Shown here piece after piece: positions 19,802 to 29,721 of a stretch of DNA of 64,000 nucleotides; within the stretch, counting starts at the first letter, position 1, and the number at the start of each line of letters is the position of its first letter. The notes under the pieces are model-generated. The model was not told the origin of the DNA. It did no database searches and saw only the letters and a program-made list of their open reading frames with translations. The DNA is taken from assembly GCA_965116905.1 (NCBI GenBank), contig OZ220732.1, positions 960,001 to 1,024,000 on the forward strand. Direction: 5' to 3'. Both the position numbers and the translations under genes were made by a program. The DNA is from Longimicrobiales bacterium (GTDB lineage: Bacteria > Gemmatimonadota > Gemmatimonadetes > Longimicrobiales > Gaopeijiaceae).

Positions 19802-20980
19802 CTAAAAGATATTGACTTCGGCCTCCTGGCGCTCCTCCTGAAACCGGGTGTGGCGAAAAGCCGTGACGTCGAGCGTGTGGGAGTGGCCGTCGGCGACCAG
19901 TTCGGAGACCGCGAGTCCGGTCGCGGGCGAGTGCATGATCCCGTGTCCGGAGAACCCGCACGCGTCGATCCATCCGTCGGTCCCCGGGTGGAGGCCGATC
20001 ACGGGGCTGTTGTCGGGGGTGACCCCATAGTACCCCCACCAGCTGCCCTGGCGGTCGACCCCCAGGTCGGCCCACCACGGGTAGCGCTCGACGCCGGTGA
20101 TCAGCACCTGCTCCAGCCAGCTCCAGTCGATGCCTTCGGTGAACCCGTCGTCGGCGTGGGCATCGAGACCGAAGAGGATGCGGTCGCCCTCGCTCCTCAG
20201 GTAGACGCCGGTGCCGAGATCGATGGTGAGCGGGTAGACGCGCTCGTCCGCGATGGGCGCGCTGAGGAAGATCTGAATGCGCTTGGGCCGCACGGGCACC
20301 TCCAGTCCCGCCAGGCGCCCGACAAGGCCCGACCAGGCGCCGGCGGCGTTCACGACATGGCCGCAGGCGAAGGATTCGCCCCCCGCCTCCAGCGTCCAGC
20401 CGCCGCCTTCGCGCCGTGCCGCACTCACGGCGTGGCGGAAGCGGTAGTCCACTCCGCACCGGCGCCCCATGGTAACCCAGGCGTGGGTGGCCATGTGGGG
20501 ATCGATGATGCCGTCCCAGGGGCCGTAGGTCGCCCCGCCGAGGTCGTCCGTTTCCATGGGAACGTACCGGCGCGCGTCGGCGGGTTCCAGCACCTCGACG
20601 GGAGCGCCGAGGCTGTGCTGGAGCGCCACGGATTCCAGGTGGGCGTCCCAGCGGTCCGGGGGAACGAGCAGCAGGTAGCCGATGTCGCGGTAGCCGATCT
20701 CGAAGCCGTGGCGTTCCCGGAAGTCGCGGTAGACGGGCAGGGAGTACATCGAGAACGCGACGTTGGGGCGCGTGGTGAACTGGACCCGCACCCCGGCTGC
20801 GCTGCGTCCCGTCGAACCGAGAGCGGGTGCGGCTTCGCGCTCCAGAACGGTGACCGACAGCCCGCGCCGGGCCAGGTGGTACGCGCAGCTGGCCCCGACG
20901 ATGCCGGCACCGACCACGACGACGTCGCCGGTGCGGGTGGCCGCGCCGCCGCTCCGGGCGGGTGGGTGGGCGGGGGTCAC
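19802..20980 (-). CDS. FAD-dependent oxidoreductase (sarcosine oxidase beta/DAO family)
   Basis: VVGAGIVG, GSTGRSAAG, VTPDNSPVIG, GFSGHGIMHSP. Confidence 0.9.
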   Translation of the reverse strand: MTPAHPPARSGGAATRTGDVVVVGAGIVGASCAYHLARRGLSVTVLEREAAPALGSTGRSAAGVRVQFTTRPNVAFSMYSLPVYRDFRERHGFEIGYRDIGYLLLVPPDRWDAHLESVALQHSLGAPVEVLEPADARRYVPMETDDLGGATYGPWDGIIDPHMATHAWVTMGRRCGVDYRFRHAVSAARREGGGWTLEAGGESFACGHVVNAAGAWSGLVGRLAGLEVPVRPKRIQIFLSAPIADERVYPLTIDLGTGVYLRSEGDRILFGLDAHADDGFTEGIDWSWLEQVLITGVERYPWWADLGVDRQGSWWGYYGVTPDNSPVIGLHPGTDGWIDACGFSGHGIMHSPATGLAVSELVADGHSHTLDVTAFRHTRFQEERQEAEVNIF

Positions 20981-20993
20981 GGAAGCGGTGCCC

Positions 20994-22520
20994 TCACCGC
21001 CTCGTGAACGCGACGCTCCCTTCGATCTCCGCGTGCAGAACCGCGACCTTCCCGTCGGTGCCGATCTCGAAGCGCAGGAATTCCCGCTGGTTGACCGCGT
21101 CCGACCAGTTGCTGCGGAACGTGTCGTAGTGCCAGTGCTCGAGGGTGCCCTCGAACCCGGCCCCGAAGGCGGCGTGCAGCACCCCACCGTTCTCGGTCAC
21201 GACGATTTCGCCGTACATGTCGCTCTCGTAGGTGCCGGCGTACTCGGCGAGCGCCAGCGTCGGGGACGTGCCCTCGGCGCGGCCGTCCTCCACCTTCTGC
21301 GCCTGCTCGCGGGCCTGCTCCTGCAGTTGGGCGAACGTTTCCTTCATCATGTCGTTCCACGGCAGCTGCTCACCGCCCTCGAAGCGGTCGACGAGATGAT
21401 GCGTGAGAGCGCTCGTGAATCCGTTGGCGCCGTTCAGGTTGGTGAGGATCACCCAGCCGTAGTCGCTTTCGGGAACCAGGACCACCAGGGCCGTCATCCC
21501 GTCGATGTTGCCCCCGTGGGACACCATCTTGATGTGGCGGTAGTCGGTGAGGAACCAGCCCAGGCCGTACAGCAGGAAGTCCGACGCGGGGAAGACCGCG
21601 GCCCACAGGCCCTCGGGCCGAAGGAACATCTGGGCGGTGTGCATCTCGTTGACCGCCGCTTCGGATATCAGCCGCTCGCCCTCGTATTCGCCGTCGGCGA
21701 GCTGCAGCCGCACCCACTGGGCCACCTGCATGACGCTGGAGTTGATCGAGCCCGCGGGGCCCGCGTTGTCGATGTCCCGGTAGGGCACCGGCACGAGTTC
21801 GCCGTCGGGGGTCTCGATGTGCGGCTCGGCCACGTTGTCCAGCCTGCCGAGCGGCCCGATCAGGGTCGTGCTGCGGGCCATGCCCAGCGGCCTGAAAAGG
21901 CGCGCGGCCACGAAGTCGTCCCAGGTCATTCCCGAAACCGCCCTGATGACCTCGCCGGCCGCGATCCACGTCGTGTTGTTGTACTGGAAGGTCGAACGCA
22001 GCGGGAACGTGACCGGCTGGTGGCGGACCCGATCGAGAATCTCCGTGCGGGTGAGCCCGCTCGCGTACCAGATGCGGTCGCCGCGCAGGAGCCCGGTGTT
22101 GTGGCTCATCAGGTCGCGGATGCGGATGTTGCGGGTGATGTAGGGATCGCTCAGCTGGAACGTGGGCAGCTGATCGACCACCCGGTCATCCCAGGCCAGC
22201 TTGCCCTCGTCGACAAGCATCGCGATCGCGGCGGCGGTGAATGCCTTCGAGGAGGAGCCGATTGCGAAGATCGTGTTTTCGTCGACGGGATCGGAGCCCC
22301 CGACCTTCCTGACGCCGAACCCCCTGGCGTAGGTGACCTCGTCGCCCTGCACGATGGCGATACCCATGCCCGGGACATTCCAGTCCTGCATCATCTCCAG
22401 GATGGTCTCGTCCAGGCCGGCCAGCGGATCCTGTCCGGAGGCCGGGGCCGCGGGGGCGAGGAAAAGGAGCAACACCGCCGTCGTCGCAAACAGCCTGTCG
22501 CGGATTCGTAGCACGTCCAT
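20994..22520 (-). CDS. Secreted serine hydrolase (beta-lactamase class C fold) with DUF3471-like C-terminus
   Basis: SSSK (SxxK), YNN, HGG motifs; signal peptide. Confidence 0.9.
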   Translation of the reverse strand: MDVLRIRDRLFATTAVLLLFLAPAAPASGQDPLAGLDETILEMMQDWNVPGMGIAIVQGDEVTYARGFGVRKVGGSDPVDENTIFAIGSSSKAFTAAAIAMLVDEGKLAWDDRVVDQLPTFQLSDPYITRNIRIRDLMSHNTGLLRGDRIWYASGLTRTEILDRVRHQPVTFPLRSTFQYNNTTWIAAGEVIRAVSGMTWDDFVAARLFRPLGMARSTTLIGPLGRLDNVAEPHIETPDGELVPVPYRDIDNAGPAGSINSSVMQVAQWVRLQLADGEYEGERLISEAAVNEMHTAQMFLRPEGLWAAVFPASDFLLYGLGWFLTDYRHIKMVSHGGNIDGMTALVVLVPESDYGWVILTNLNGANGFTSALTHHLVDRFEGGEQLPWNDMMKETFAQLQEQAREQAQKVEDGRAEGTSPTLALAEYAGTYESDMYGEIVVTENGGVLHAAFGAGFEGTLEHWHYDTFRSNWSDAVNQREFLRFEIGTDGKVAVLHAEIEGSVAFTRR

Positions 22521-23219
22521 TTACCAGCTCCCGAGTTCACCTGCGCGTGCGATGACCCCGGAAAGGCGGGCCGCGGCGTTGCGCCAGTTGGTCCGCACCG
22601 AGGTCTGGGCCAGTTCAGAGTCGCCGGCCTCGATTGCGTCGACGATGACCTGGTGTTCCTGCACCGACACCGCGATCTGGTCCAGCAGGGCGTCGACGTA
22701 GAGCCGTGTATACCGCTCGGCCTGTGGCTTGATGGCGTCGTGAAGAGCGAGCAGCCTGGGGCCGGCCCCGCCTTCCACATACGTTCGATGAAAACGATTG
22801 TCGAGTTGAAAGATCCACTCGCGCGACGGCGTGGTTCCCTCGGCCTCGGTCAGCAGTTCGGCGTTCGTCTTGTTCAGGTCCGTGACCAGCTCCCCGCGGT
22901 CGTCGCGGCTGGCGGCGCTCCAGGCCGCGAGCCCCTCCATCTCGCCGACAATGTGAAGCAGTTCGAAGGCGTCGTCCTGCGTGAGCGGCGCCACGTAGGG
23001 ACGGCTCTGGCGGCCCGTGCCGGGGTCGCTGATGTAGCCTTCCTGCATCAGGCGCTGCAATGCGCTTCGCACCGGGGTCCGGCTCAGGCCCAGGCGTTCG
23101 GCGACCTCCGTCTCGATCAGGCGGGAGCCCGGCGCCAACCTGCCGTGAACGATCAGTTCGCGAAGGTGCTGGTAGGCTTGGGTCCCGCGGTCACTGGTGC
23201 CGGTTTTCGCAGGCGACAT
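22521..23219 (-). CDS. GntR/FCD transcriptional regulator
   Basis: AYQHLRELIVHGRLAPGSRLIE...LSRTPVRSAL; DNRFH, QEHQVIVDAI. Confidence 0.92.
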   Translation of the reverse strand: MSPAKTGTSDRGTQAYQHLRELIVHGRLAPGSRLIETEVAERLGLSRTPVRSALQRLMQEGYISDPGTGRQSRPYVAPLTQDDAFELLHIVGEMEGLAAWSAASRDDRGELVTDLNKTNAELLTEAEGTTPSREWIFQLDNRFHRTYVEGGAGPRLLALHDAIKPQAERYTRLYVDALLDQIAVSVQEHQVIVDAIEAGDSELAQTSVRTNWRNAAARLSGVIARAGELGSW

Positions 23220-23401
23220 GTCTCCGATCCGTGAAGTTGTGGCCTTCTCCCCACTACGAGGACAGCCACGGAAAATAACATGTTGGTATGTATCGCAGTT
23301 TTGTTCCCACTTTTGGATACCTTGCCGTATCCGATGCCACGCTGTACGATGCCGCACCGGAAGACTCCTGGCAAATTGCCGTTCACAGCCCTGGGAGCGC
23401 C

Positions 23402-24280
23402 ATGGCCGACCTCGCGACGCAGCCCTCGGAACCCGTCCTGACCCCTGTCGAGGGGTCTCCCCGCGACGGGCAGGCGACCGACGATGCACAGATCGAGATT
23501 CGTGCCGCGAAGACGCGGGCGGACTTCGAGGCGTGCGTCGAGCTGCAGCGCGATACCTGGGGCGCGTCGTTCTCGGAGGTCGTTCCGGTCAGCATGATGC
23601 AGGTCACCTGCAAGATGGGCGGGATCTGCCTGGGCGCCTTCGCTCCCGGCGGCGAGATGCTGGGCGTGGTGTACGGTGTGACCGGCGTGCGCAACGGCGA
23701 ACTCGCCCATTGGTCCCACATGCTGGCGGTGCGGCCGCGGGCGCGGAACATGGGGATCGGCAAGCGGCTGAAGCTCGCCCAGCGGGAAACGTTGGTGGCC
23801 CAGGGCGTCAACACGATGTACTGGACCTACGATCCCCTGGTGGCTCGCAACGCGCACCTCAACCTCAACCTCCTCGGAGCGGCGATCGACCGTTTCGTGC
23901 CCGACATGTACGGCGCATCGGACAGCGACCTGCATCGTCTGGGCACCGACCGGTTCATCGTCCGGTGGGACCTGCACGGCGAGCGCTCGGCCGCGGCCCG
24001 TGCCCGCCGGGAATCCCGGGCCAGGCGTGGCGGCCCGCGGCCGATGCTCGGGATCCCGGGTGACAAGACCCGGGTGCCCCTTGGTCGGGAAGCCGTCGAG
24101 GTGGTCATCCCGCGGGACATCGAGGCCGTCGAGGCAAGGTCCTTCGACGAGGCGCTCGGGTGGCGGCACGCATCACGCCGCGTGTTTCGGCAGCTCCTGG
24201 GCGGCGGTTACGAGGTGAGCGGATTCATCGCGGGACGCAAGCACGCCCGATACGTGGTTTCGCGTGTGGCGGGACGGTAA
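23402..24280 (+). CDS. GNAT acyltransferase (COG3375-like)
   Basis: HWSHMLAV...GIGKRLKLAQR, WTYDPLVARNAHLN, TDRFIVRW. Confidence 0.88.
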   Translation: MADLATQPSEPVLTPVEGSPRDGQATDDAQIEIRAAKTRADFEACVELQRDTWGASFSEVVPVSMMQVTCKMGGICLGAFAPGGEMLGVVYGVTGVRNGELAHWSHMLAVRPRARNMGIGKRLKLAQRETLVAQGVNTMYWTYDPLVARNAHLNLNLLGAAIDRFVPDMYGASDSDLHRLGTDRFIVRWDLHGERSAAARARRESRARRGGPRPMLGIPGDKTRVPLGREAVEVVIPRDIEAVEARSFDEALGWRHASRRVFRQLLGGGYEVSGFIAGRKHARYVVSRVAGR

Positions 24281-24298
24281 TGACGTAGCCGAGTGGCG

Positions 24299-24389
24299 AT
24301 GCCACGGTCAAGCGGCATGGCCACGGCCGGGCGGCATGCCACGGTCGGGCGGCATGCCACGGTCAAGCGGCATGCCACGGTCAAGCGGC
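24299..24389. repeat. Intergenic tandem repeat, 5 x about 18 bp (ATGCCACGGTCAAGCGGC)
   Basis: Units at 24299, 24317 (19 bp), 24336, 24354, 24372. Confidence 0.9.
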
Positions 24390-24407
24390 AATGAAAGGAG
24401 CTTTTCC

Positions 24408-26522
24408 ATGAACGGGACGCTGATGCGGATAGCCCCATGGCAGCTGGCCGCTGCGATGGTGCTGGTGTGTCTGTCGCCGGCCCGCGGCCAGCAGGGCCTC
24501 GACGTGCTGACCGCGCGCGATGTCTTCGACCTCGAATTCGTGAGCGATCCACAGGTCTCTCCCGACGGGTCGCGGGTCGTCTTTGTGCGCCAGTGGTCCG
24601 ACCCGCAGACCGACCGCAACTATTCGAATCTCTGGATCATGAACCGCAACGGTTCGGGGTTGCGTCCGCTGACGTCGGGCAAGCACTCCGACAGCTGGCC
24701 CCGATGGTCTCCGGACGGGGGCCGGCTCCTGTATCTGTCGGACGCGCACGCATCCGGGGGCAACGCGTCCGGAGTTGGCGGCGTTGCCGGGCCGCCGCAG
24801 ATCACCATCCGCTGGATGGACACCGGCCAGACGCAGCGGATCACCGACCGCACGGAGGGACCGCGGGTGCCGGCCTGGTCCCCGGACGGCACGATGATCG
24901 CCTTTTCGTCCTTCGTGCCGGATGCCGGCATGCAGCTGATCTCGATGCCGGATCCGCCGGATGGCGCCGAGTGGGCTGAACCGGCACGCGTGATCCACGA
25001 ACTGGTCCACCGCTTCGACGGAGCCGGGGACCTCGAGCACGGATTCACCCATCTCTTCGTCCTCCCGTCCGAGGGCGGGACGGCCCGGCGGATTACCAGC
25101 GGTGACTTCCATCATGGCGGATACGTGGGCCGCTCGGGCCGGGGACAGCCCGTCTGGTCGGCGGACGGCGAGTCGGTCCTGATCACGGCCAACCGGCACC
25201 CGGACTGGGAGCTGGAGAACCGCAACACCGAGATCTACGAGGTTTCGCTCGGCGGCGAGATCCGCGCCCTCACCGACCGCAAGGGTCCCGACGCGGGTGT
25301 GGCGGTTTCGCCAGACGGGCGCCGGATCGCCTACACGGGCTTCGACGACCGCTACCAGGGATACCAGGTGACCGGGCTCTACATGGCGAACCGCGACGGC
25401 TCGGGTGCGCGCCAGGTCGCGGCGCAGCTGGACCGGAGCGTGGGCGGGCTGGCCTGGGCACCGGATTCCGAACGTCTCTACTTCTCCTATGCCGACATGG
25501 GCAACACGAAGATCGCGTACGTGGAGCCGGGCAGCGACGAGGTGCATGTCGTGGCCGAGAACATGGGCGGCTCGGGCTCGGCCTACGGCGGCGGCAGCTT
25601 CTCGGTGGGGCCGCGGGGGACCTTCGCCTACACCGTCTCGACGCCCACCGTGCTCAGCGAGGTCGCGATCGGGGCCGACCGCGGCACCCGCGTGATCACG
25701 GCGGTCAACGACGACGTGTTCGCCCACAAGACGCTCGGCGAGGTCGAGGAGATCTGGTGGCCCTCGTCGCACGACGGACGGCAGATCCAGGGGTGGATCA
25801 TCAAGCCGCCGGGCTTCGACCCCGGTCGGAAGTATCCGCTCATCCTCGAGATCCACGGCGGGCCGTTCGCGGACTACGGCGACCGGTTCGACATCGAGAA
25901 GCAGTCGATGGCTTCCGCAGGCTACGTCGTGCTCTACACCAACCCGAGGGGGAGCACCTCGTACGGCGAGGAGTTCGGCAACCTCATCCACCACTCCTAT
26001 CCCGGCAACGACTTCTACGACCTGGATTCGGGCGTGGACGCCGTGATCGACCTCGGGTACGTGGACCCGGAGCAGCTCTACATCACCGGCGGGAGCGGCG
26101 GCGGCGTCCTGTCGTCGTGGTCCATCGGGAAGACGGACCGCTACAACGCGGCCGCGGTTCTGTACCCAGTGATCAACTGGTACAGCTTCGCGGTCACCTC
26201 GGACATTCCGATCACGGTGGCCAAGTACTGGTTCCGGGCGATGCCGTGGGAGGACCCCGAGCACTACATGGAGCGCTCGTCGATCTCGCTGGTCGGCAAC
26301 GTGACCACGCCGACGATGGTGATGACCGGCGTGGAGGACTACCGAACGCCCATGTCCGAGTCGGACCAGTACTTCCAGGCCCTGAAGCTGAAGGGCGTGG
26401 AGACGGTGCTGGTCAAGGTGCCCGGCGAGCCGCACGGGATCCGGGTCCGGCCGAGCCACTTCATGCAGAAGATCATGTACATCATCGGGTGGTTCGACCG
26501 GTACCGGGGGATGGCGAGTTAG
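24408..26522 (+). CDS. Secreted S9 (acylaminoacyl/prolyl oligo-) peptidase
   Basis: AAGGAG RBS; PD40 propeller repeats, IHGGP, GGSGGG, DYRTP, HG. Confidence 0.93.
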   Translation: MNGTLMRIAPWQLAAAMVLVCLSPARGQQGLDVLTARDVFDLEFVSDPQVSPDGSRVVFVRQWSDPQTDRNYSNLWIMNRNGSGLRPLTSGKHSDSWPRWSPDGGRLLYLSDAHASGGNASGVGGVAGPPQITIRWMDTGQTQRITDRTEGPRVPAWSPDGTMIAFSSFVPDAGMQLISMPDPPDGAEWAEPARVIHELVHRFDGAGDLEHGFTHLFVLPSEGGTARRITSGDFHHGGYVGRSGRGQPVWSADGESVLITANRHPDWELENRNTEIYEVSLGGEIRALTDRKGPDAGVAVSPDGRRIAYTGFDDRYQGYQVTGLYMANRDGSGARQVAAQLDRSVGGLAWAPDSERLYFSYADMGNTKIAYVEPGSDEVHVVAENMGGSGSAYGGGSFSVGPRGTFAYTVSTPTVLSEVAIGADRGTRVITAVNDDVFAHKTLGEVEEIWWPSSHDGRQIQGWIIKPPGFDPGRKYPLILEIHGGPFADYGDRFDIEKQSMASAGYVVLYTNPRGSTSYGEEFGNLIHHSYPGNDFYDLDSGVDAVIDLGYVDPEQLYITGGSGGGVLSSWSIGKTDRYNAAAVLYPVINWYSFAVTSDIPITVAKYWFRAMPWEDPEHYMERSSISLVGNVTTPTMVMTGVEDYRTPMSESDQYFQALKLKGVETVLVKVPGEPHGIRVRPSHFMQKIMYIIGWFDRYRGMAS

Positions 26523-26537
26523 CGGAATCGTTGTTAG

Positions 26538-26557
26538 ACTAGTTTATTCAACTAGTT
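26538..26557 (+). promoter_or_regulatory. Probable toxin-antitoxin autoregulatory operator
   Basis: Two ACTAGT palindromes 7 bp apart in an AT-rich patch upstream of the antitoxin gene. Confidence 0.55.
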
Positions 26558-26583
26558 GTCACACTCGGGCTGGAGAAACTCCA

Positions 26584-26823
26584 ATGACCACGGTAGGTGC
26601 GTTCGAAGCCAAGACCCACCTCTCGTCCTTACTCAACAAGGCGGCACGGGGCGAAGAGGTGTTGATCACCAGGCGGGGGGTCCCGGTGGCGAGACTCGTT
26701 CCCGTGGACGCGGCGGATCGAGGGGATATCGCCGATGCGATTGATGAACTTCGGTCGATTCGGGAAGGGGTCTGTCTGGGGGGCCTGAACTGGAGGGAAA
26801 TGCGGGATTCGGGGCGCCCGTGA
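26584..26823 (+). CDS. Phd/YefM-family antitoxin
   Basis: VGAFEAKTHLSSLL...GEEVLITRRGVPVARLVP. Confidence 0.93.
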   Translation: MTTVGAFEAKTHLSSLLNKAARGEEVLITRRGVPVARLVPVDAADRGDIADAIDELRSIREGVCLGGLNWREMRDSGRP

Positions 26824-27269
26824 CGGGTTTCGTGCTCGACTGCTCCGTTGCGGTTGCGTGGCTGTTTCCCGACGAGGGCACGCCCGAGACCGAAGCGCTG
26901 CTCGACCGGCTGAAGAAGGAAGAGGCCTTGGTCCCCGGCATCTGGCACCTGGAAATCGGGAACGTCCTGGTGCGTGCCGAGCGGAGCCAACGCATTGCCA
27001 GGTCGAAGGTCCCGGCCTATCTCAGTCTTCTGCGGAGGCTGGCGATCGCAACCGACAGCGAAACCGATGAGCGGGCACTGCGAGAAACACTGATGCTGGC
27101 GCGTGAGTGCGGGCTCAGCACCTACGATGCGGCATATCTCGAGTTGGCCATGAGACGGGGGGTCCAGCTCGCAACGCTCGATCGCGCGCTGATGCGCGCC
27201 GCTCGGTACATGCAGGTGGAGACCGTTCCGAAAACGAATCTTCAGGTACATGAGAAGCCACATGATTAA
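26820..27269 (+). CDS. vapC: VapC PIN-domain toxin
   Basis: VLDCS, EIGN, STYDAAYLELA, ATLD; GTGA coupling to the antitoxin gene. Confidence 0.92.
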   Translation: MTGFVLDCSVAVAWLFPDEGTPETEALLDRLKKEEALVPGIWHLEIGNVLVRAERSQRIARSKVPAYLSLLRRLAIATDSETDERALRETLMLARECGLSTYDAAYLELAMRRGVQLATLDRALMRAARYMQVETVPKTNLQVHEKPHD

Positions 27270-28479
27270 GGACAGGAAAACGTCGCGGCCCTCGGCAGCC
27301 CCGTCCCGCCGCGCCGTCCTCAAGGCCGCCGCCGGAGCCGCCGGCCTGACCCTCGCCGCCCCGTTCATCAACCGGGGGCGCGCTGTCGTGCAGGCACACG
27401 GCCGCGGCCGGACGGCGACCCCCCAGGAATACTCGACCCGCTGCATCGATCTGGTGACGGGATCGCTCGTGATCGACATGTTGTCGCCGCTGGTCATCGC
27501 GCGCTCCATTCAGCAGCGCTGGGGTCCGGACCTGAGCGGCATGACAGCCGAGGAGGAGCAGGATTTCCGGGACTCCGAGATCGACGTCTTCCACATCGCG
27601 GTCGGCGTGGGCGGGCGCGACTTCGAGGACCAGTACGAGAACACGCTGCTCTTCGTCGCGGGCTACAATGCGATCATCGCGTCGCGGCCCGATCTCTTCG
27701 TGCGGATCGATTCGGCGGAGGATCTGGCGAACGTGCATGGGTCGGGGCGCGCGGGGATCCTGATCGGATTGCAGACCTCGTCCCACTTCCACACGCTCGA
27801 CGACGTCAACCAGTTCTACTGGCTCGGACAGCGGGTATCACAGCTCACCTATAACTCGCGCAACATGATCGGCAACGGGGCCACGGAGCGGGTCGACGGG
27901 GGCATCTCGGACTTCGGCGTCGCGATCGTCGAGCGCATGAACGAGATCGGGATGGCGGTTGACGTCTCGCACTCGGGCGACCGCACGACCCTCGATGCCT
28001 GCGAGGTCTCGTCGCGGCCCGTCCTCTTCACCCATTCCAACAGCCGGGTCCTGTCGGGCGGCCACCCCCGCACCAAGACCGACGAGGCCATTCGAGCCAT
28101 GGCGGCGACCGGTGGCGTGATGGGGATGACGGGCGTGCGCATGTTCGTGAAGGACAGGGAGCCCACGACCATCGAGGATTACATCGACCACTTCGACCAT
28201 GTGCGCGACCTGATCGGCGTGGAGCACCTGGGCGTGGGCAGCGATGTCGACCTGCACGGCTACGACGACATGCCGCCCGACGAATACGAGGCGCTGAAGG
28301 CCGCGTACAAGGACTCGTACGCGTTCCGCGACAAGATAGACATCGAGGGCGTGGACCACCCGAAGCGGATGTTCGATTTGACCGAGGCGCTGATCCGGCG
28401 GGGATACACGGACGATCACATACGCGGGATTCTGGGCGGCAACTTCCAGCGCGTGCTGGGTGAAATCTGGGAGGTGTAA
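27262..28479 (+). CDS. Tat-exported M19 membrane dipeptidase
   Basis: SRRAVLK Tat motif, QLTYN, DVSH, FTHSN, GVGSD. Confidence 0.9.
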   Translation: MIKDRKTSRPSAAPSRRAVLKAAAGAAGLTLAAPFINRGRAVVQAHGRGRTATPQEYSTRCIDLVTGSLVIDMLSPLVIARSIQQRWGPDLSGMTAEEEQDFRDSEIDVFHIAVGVGGRDFEDQYENTLLFVAGYNAIIASRPDLFVRIDSAEDLANVHGSGRAGILIGLQTSSHFHTLDDVNQFYWLGQRVSQLTYNSRNMIGNGATERVDGGISDFGVAIVERMNEIGMAVDVSHSGDRTTLDACEVSSRPVLFTHSNSRVLSGGHPRTKTDEAIRAMAATGGVMGMTGVRMFVKDREPTTIEDYIDHFDHVRDLIGVEHLGVGSDVDLHGYDDMPPDEYEALKAAYKDSYAFRDKIDIEGVDHPKRMFDLTEALIRRGYTDDHIRGILGGNFQRVLGEIWEV

Positions 28480-28482
28480 ACA

Positions 28483-29721
28483 GTGCGATTCACAAGATGT
28501 AAACCAGAGTTGACACTCGGGGTGCTCTCCGTGGCGCTCGGCGGGCTTGTGCCGGCCGTCATGGCAACCGCGGCGGGAGCGCAGGAAGCACCCGTCGCGC
28601 TGGTCGGCGCGCGTATCCACACGGCTGCCGGGCCCGCCATCGAGAACGGCACGATCGTCTTCGCCGACGGCGTGATCACCGCCATCGGCGCGGACGTCTC
28701 GCCGCCCGGCGGCGCAGAGGTGGTCGACGTGAGTGGCATGGTCATCATGCCCGGGATGCTGGACAACCACTCCCACATCGGCGCCGACAGCCGCGACCTC
28801 AACGAATTCCCGGTCCGGTTCGGCCCGCAGCACCGTATCCGCGACGTGCTATCGCCCGACGACGCGTTCTGGAAGGGCGCCGTCAAGGGCGGCGTGACCA
28901 CGGTCATCACCGGGCCCGGGAGCGGCGAGGTCTCGAGCGGGCAGGCGATCGTGATCAAGACGTGGGGCGAGACAATAGACGAACGAGTCGTGAAGGAGCG
29001 CGGCGGGCTCAAGATCGCGATGGGCCGCAAGCGCCCGGACCAGTCACCGACGACCAGCATGGCGGTTACCGCGCTGCTGCGCGCCAAGTTCATCGAGGCG
29101 CAGGAGTACCAGGCCCGGTGGGACGCGTGGGAGGAAGGCGGCCAGGAGGGACCGGCCCCGCCGCGCGACCTCGGCATGGAAGCCGTGGTCCGGGTGCTGA
29201 CCGGCGAGGATCGCATCCGCGCCCACGTCCACCAGGCGCACGACATCCTCGCGATCATCCGGCTGTCGCAGGAGTTCGACTTCTCCCTCGCGATCCACCA
29301 CTCGACCGAGGCCTACAAGGTGGCCGACGAAATCGCCGAGGCCGGTATCGACGTGGTGGGGATGCCGCTGTTCACCCGCATCGCGCTGTCCGACGAGGTC
29401 ATGGCCACGGGCACCGTGATGAACGAAATGGGCGTGCGCTTCACCTTCCACACCGACGACCCGGTGGTGGGCTCCAAGTGGCAGCGCGGCAACGCCGGGC
29501 TCGGGATCCGCTACGGGATGACCGAGCAGGACGCGCTCGAGGCGGTGACGATCAACCCGGCCGCGATCGCCGGGGTCGAAGACCGTGTCGGGAGCCTGGA
29601 GGTGGGCAAAGACGCCGACATCGTCGTGCTGAACGGGACGTGGTACGAGGTCAGCACGCTGGTGACACGGGTGTACGTCAACGGGATGGTCGCGTACGAC
29701 AGGGAAGGAGAGGTGCCATGA
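28483..29721 (+). CDS. Secreted amidohydrolase
   Basis: PGMLDNHSH, LKIAMG, AHVH, HTDDP, GSLEVGKDAD. Confidence 0.9.
   Translation: MRFTRCKPELTLGVLSVALGGLVPAVMATAAGAQEAPVALVGARIHTAAGPAIENGTIVFADGVITAIGADVSPPGGAEVVDVSGMVIMPGMLDNHSHIGADSRDLNEFPVRFGPQHRIRDVLSPDDAFWKGAVKGGVTTVITGPGSGEVSSGQAIVIKTWGETIDERVVKERGGLKIAMGRKRPDQSPTTSMAVTALLRAKFIEAQEYQARWDAWEEGGQEGPAPPRDLGMEAVVRVLTGEDRIRAHVHQAHDILAIIRLSQEFDFSLAIHHSTEAYKVADEIAEAGIDVVGMPLFTRIALSDEVMATGTVMNEMGVRFTFHTDDPVVGSKWQRGNAGLGIRYGMTEQDALEAVTINPAAIAGVEDRVGSLEVGKDADIVVLNGTWYEVSTLVTRVYVNGMVAYDREGEVP

Noticed and set aside
24299..24389. CRISPR array
   Set aside because: Units are 18 bp and directly adjacent, with no unique spacers and no cas genes.
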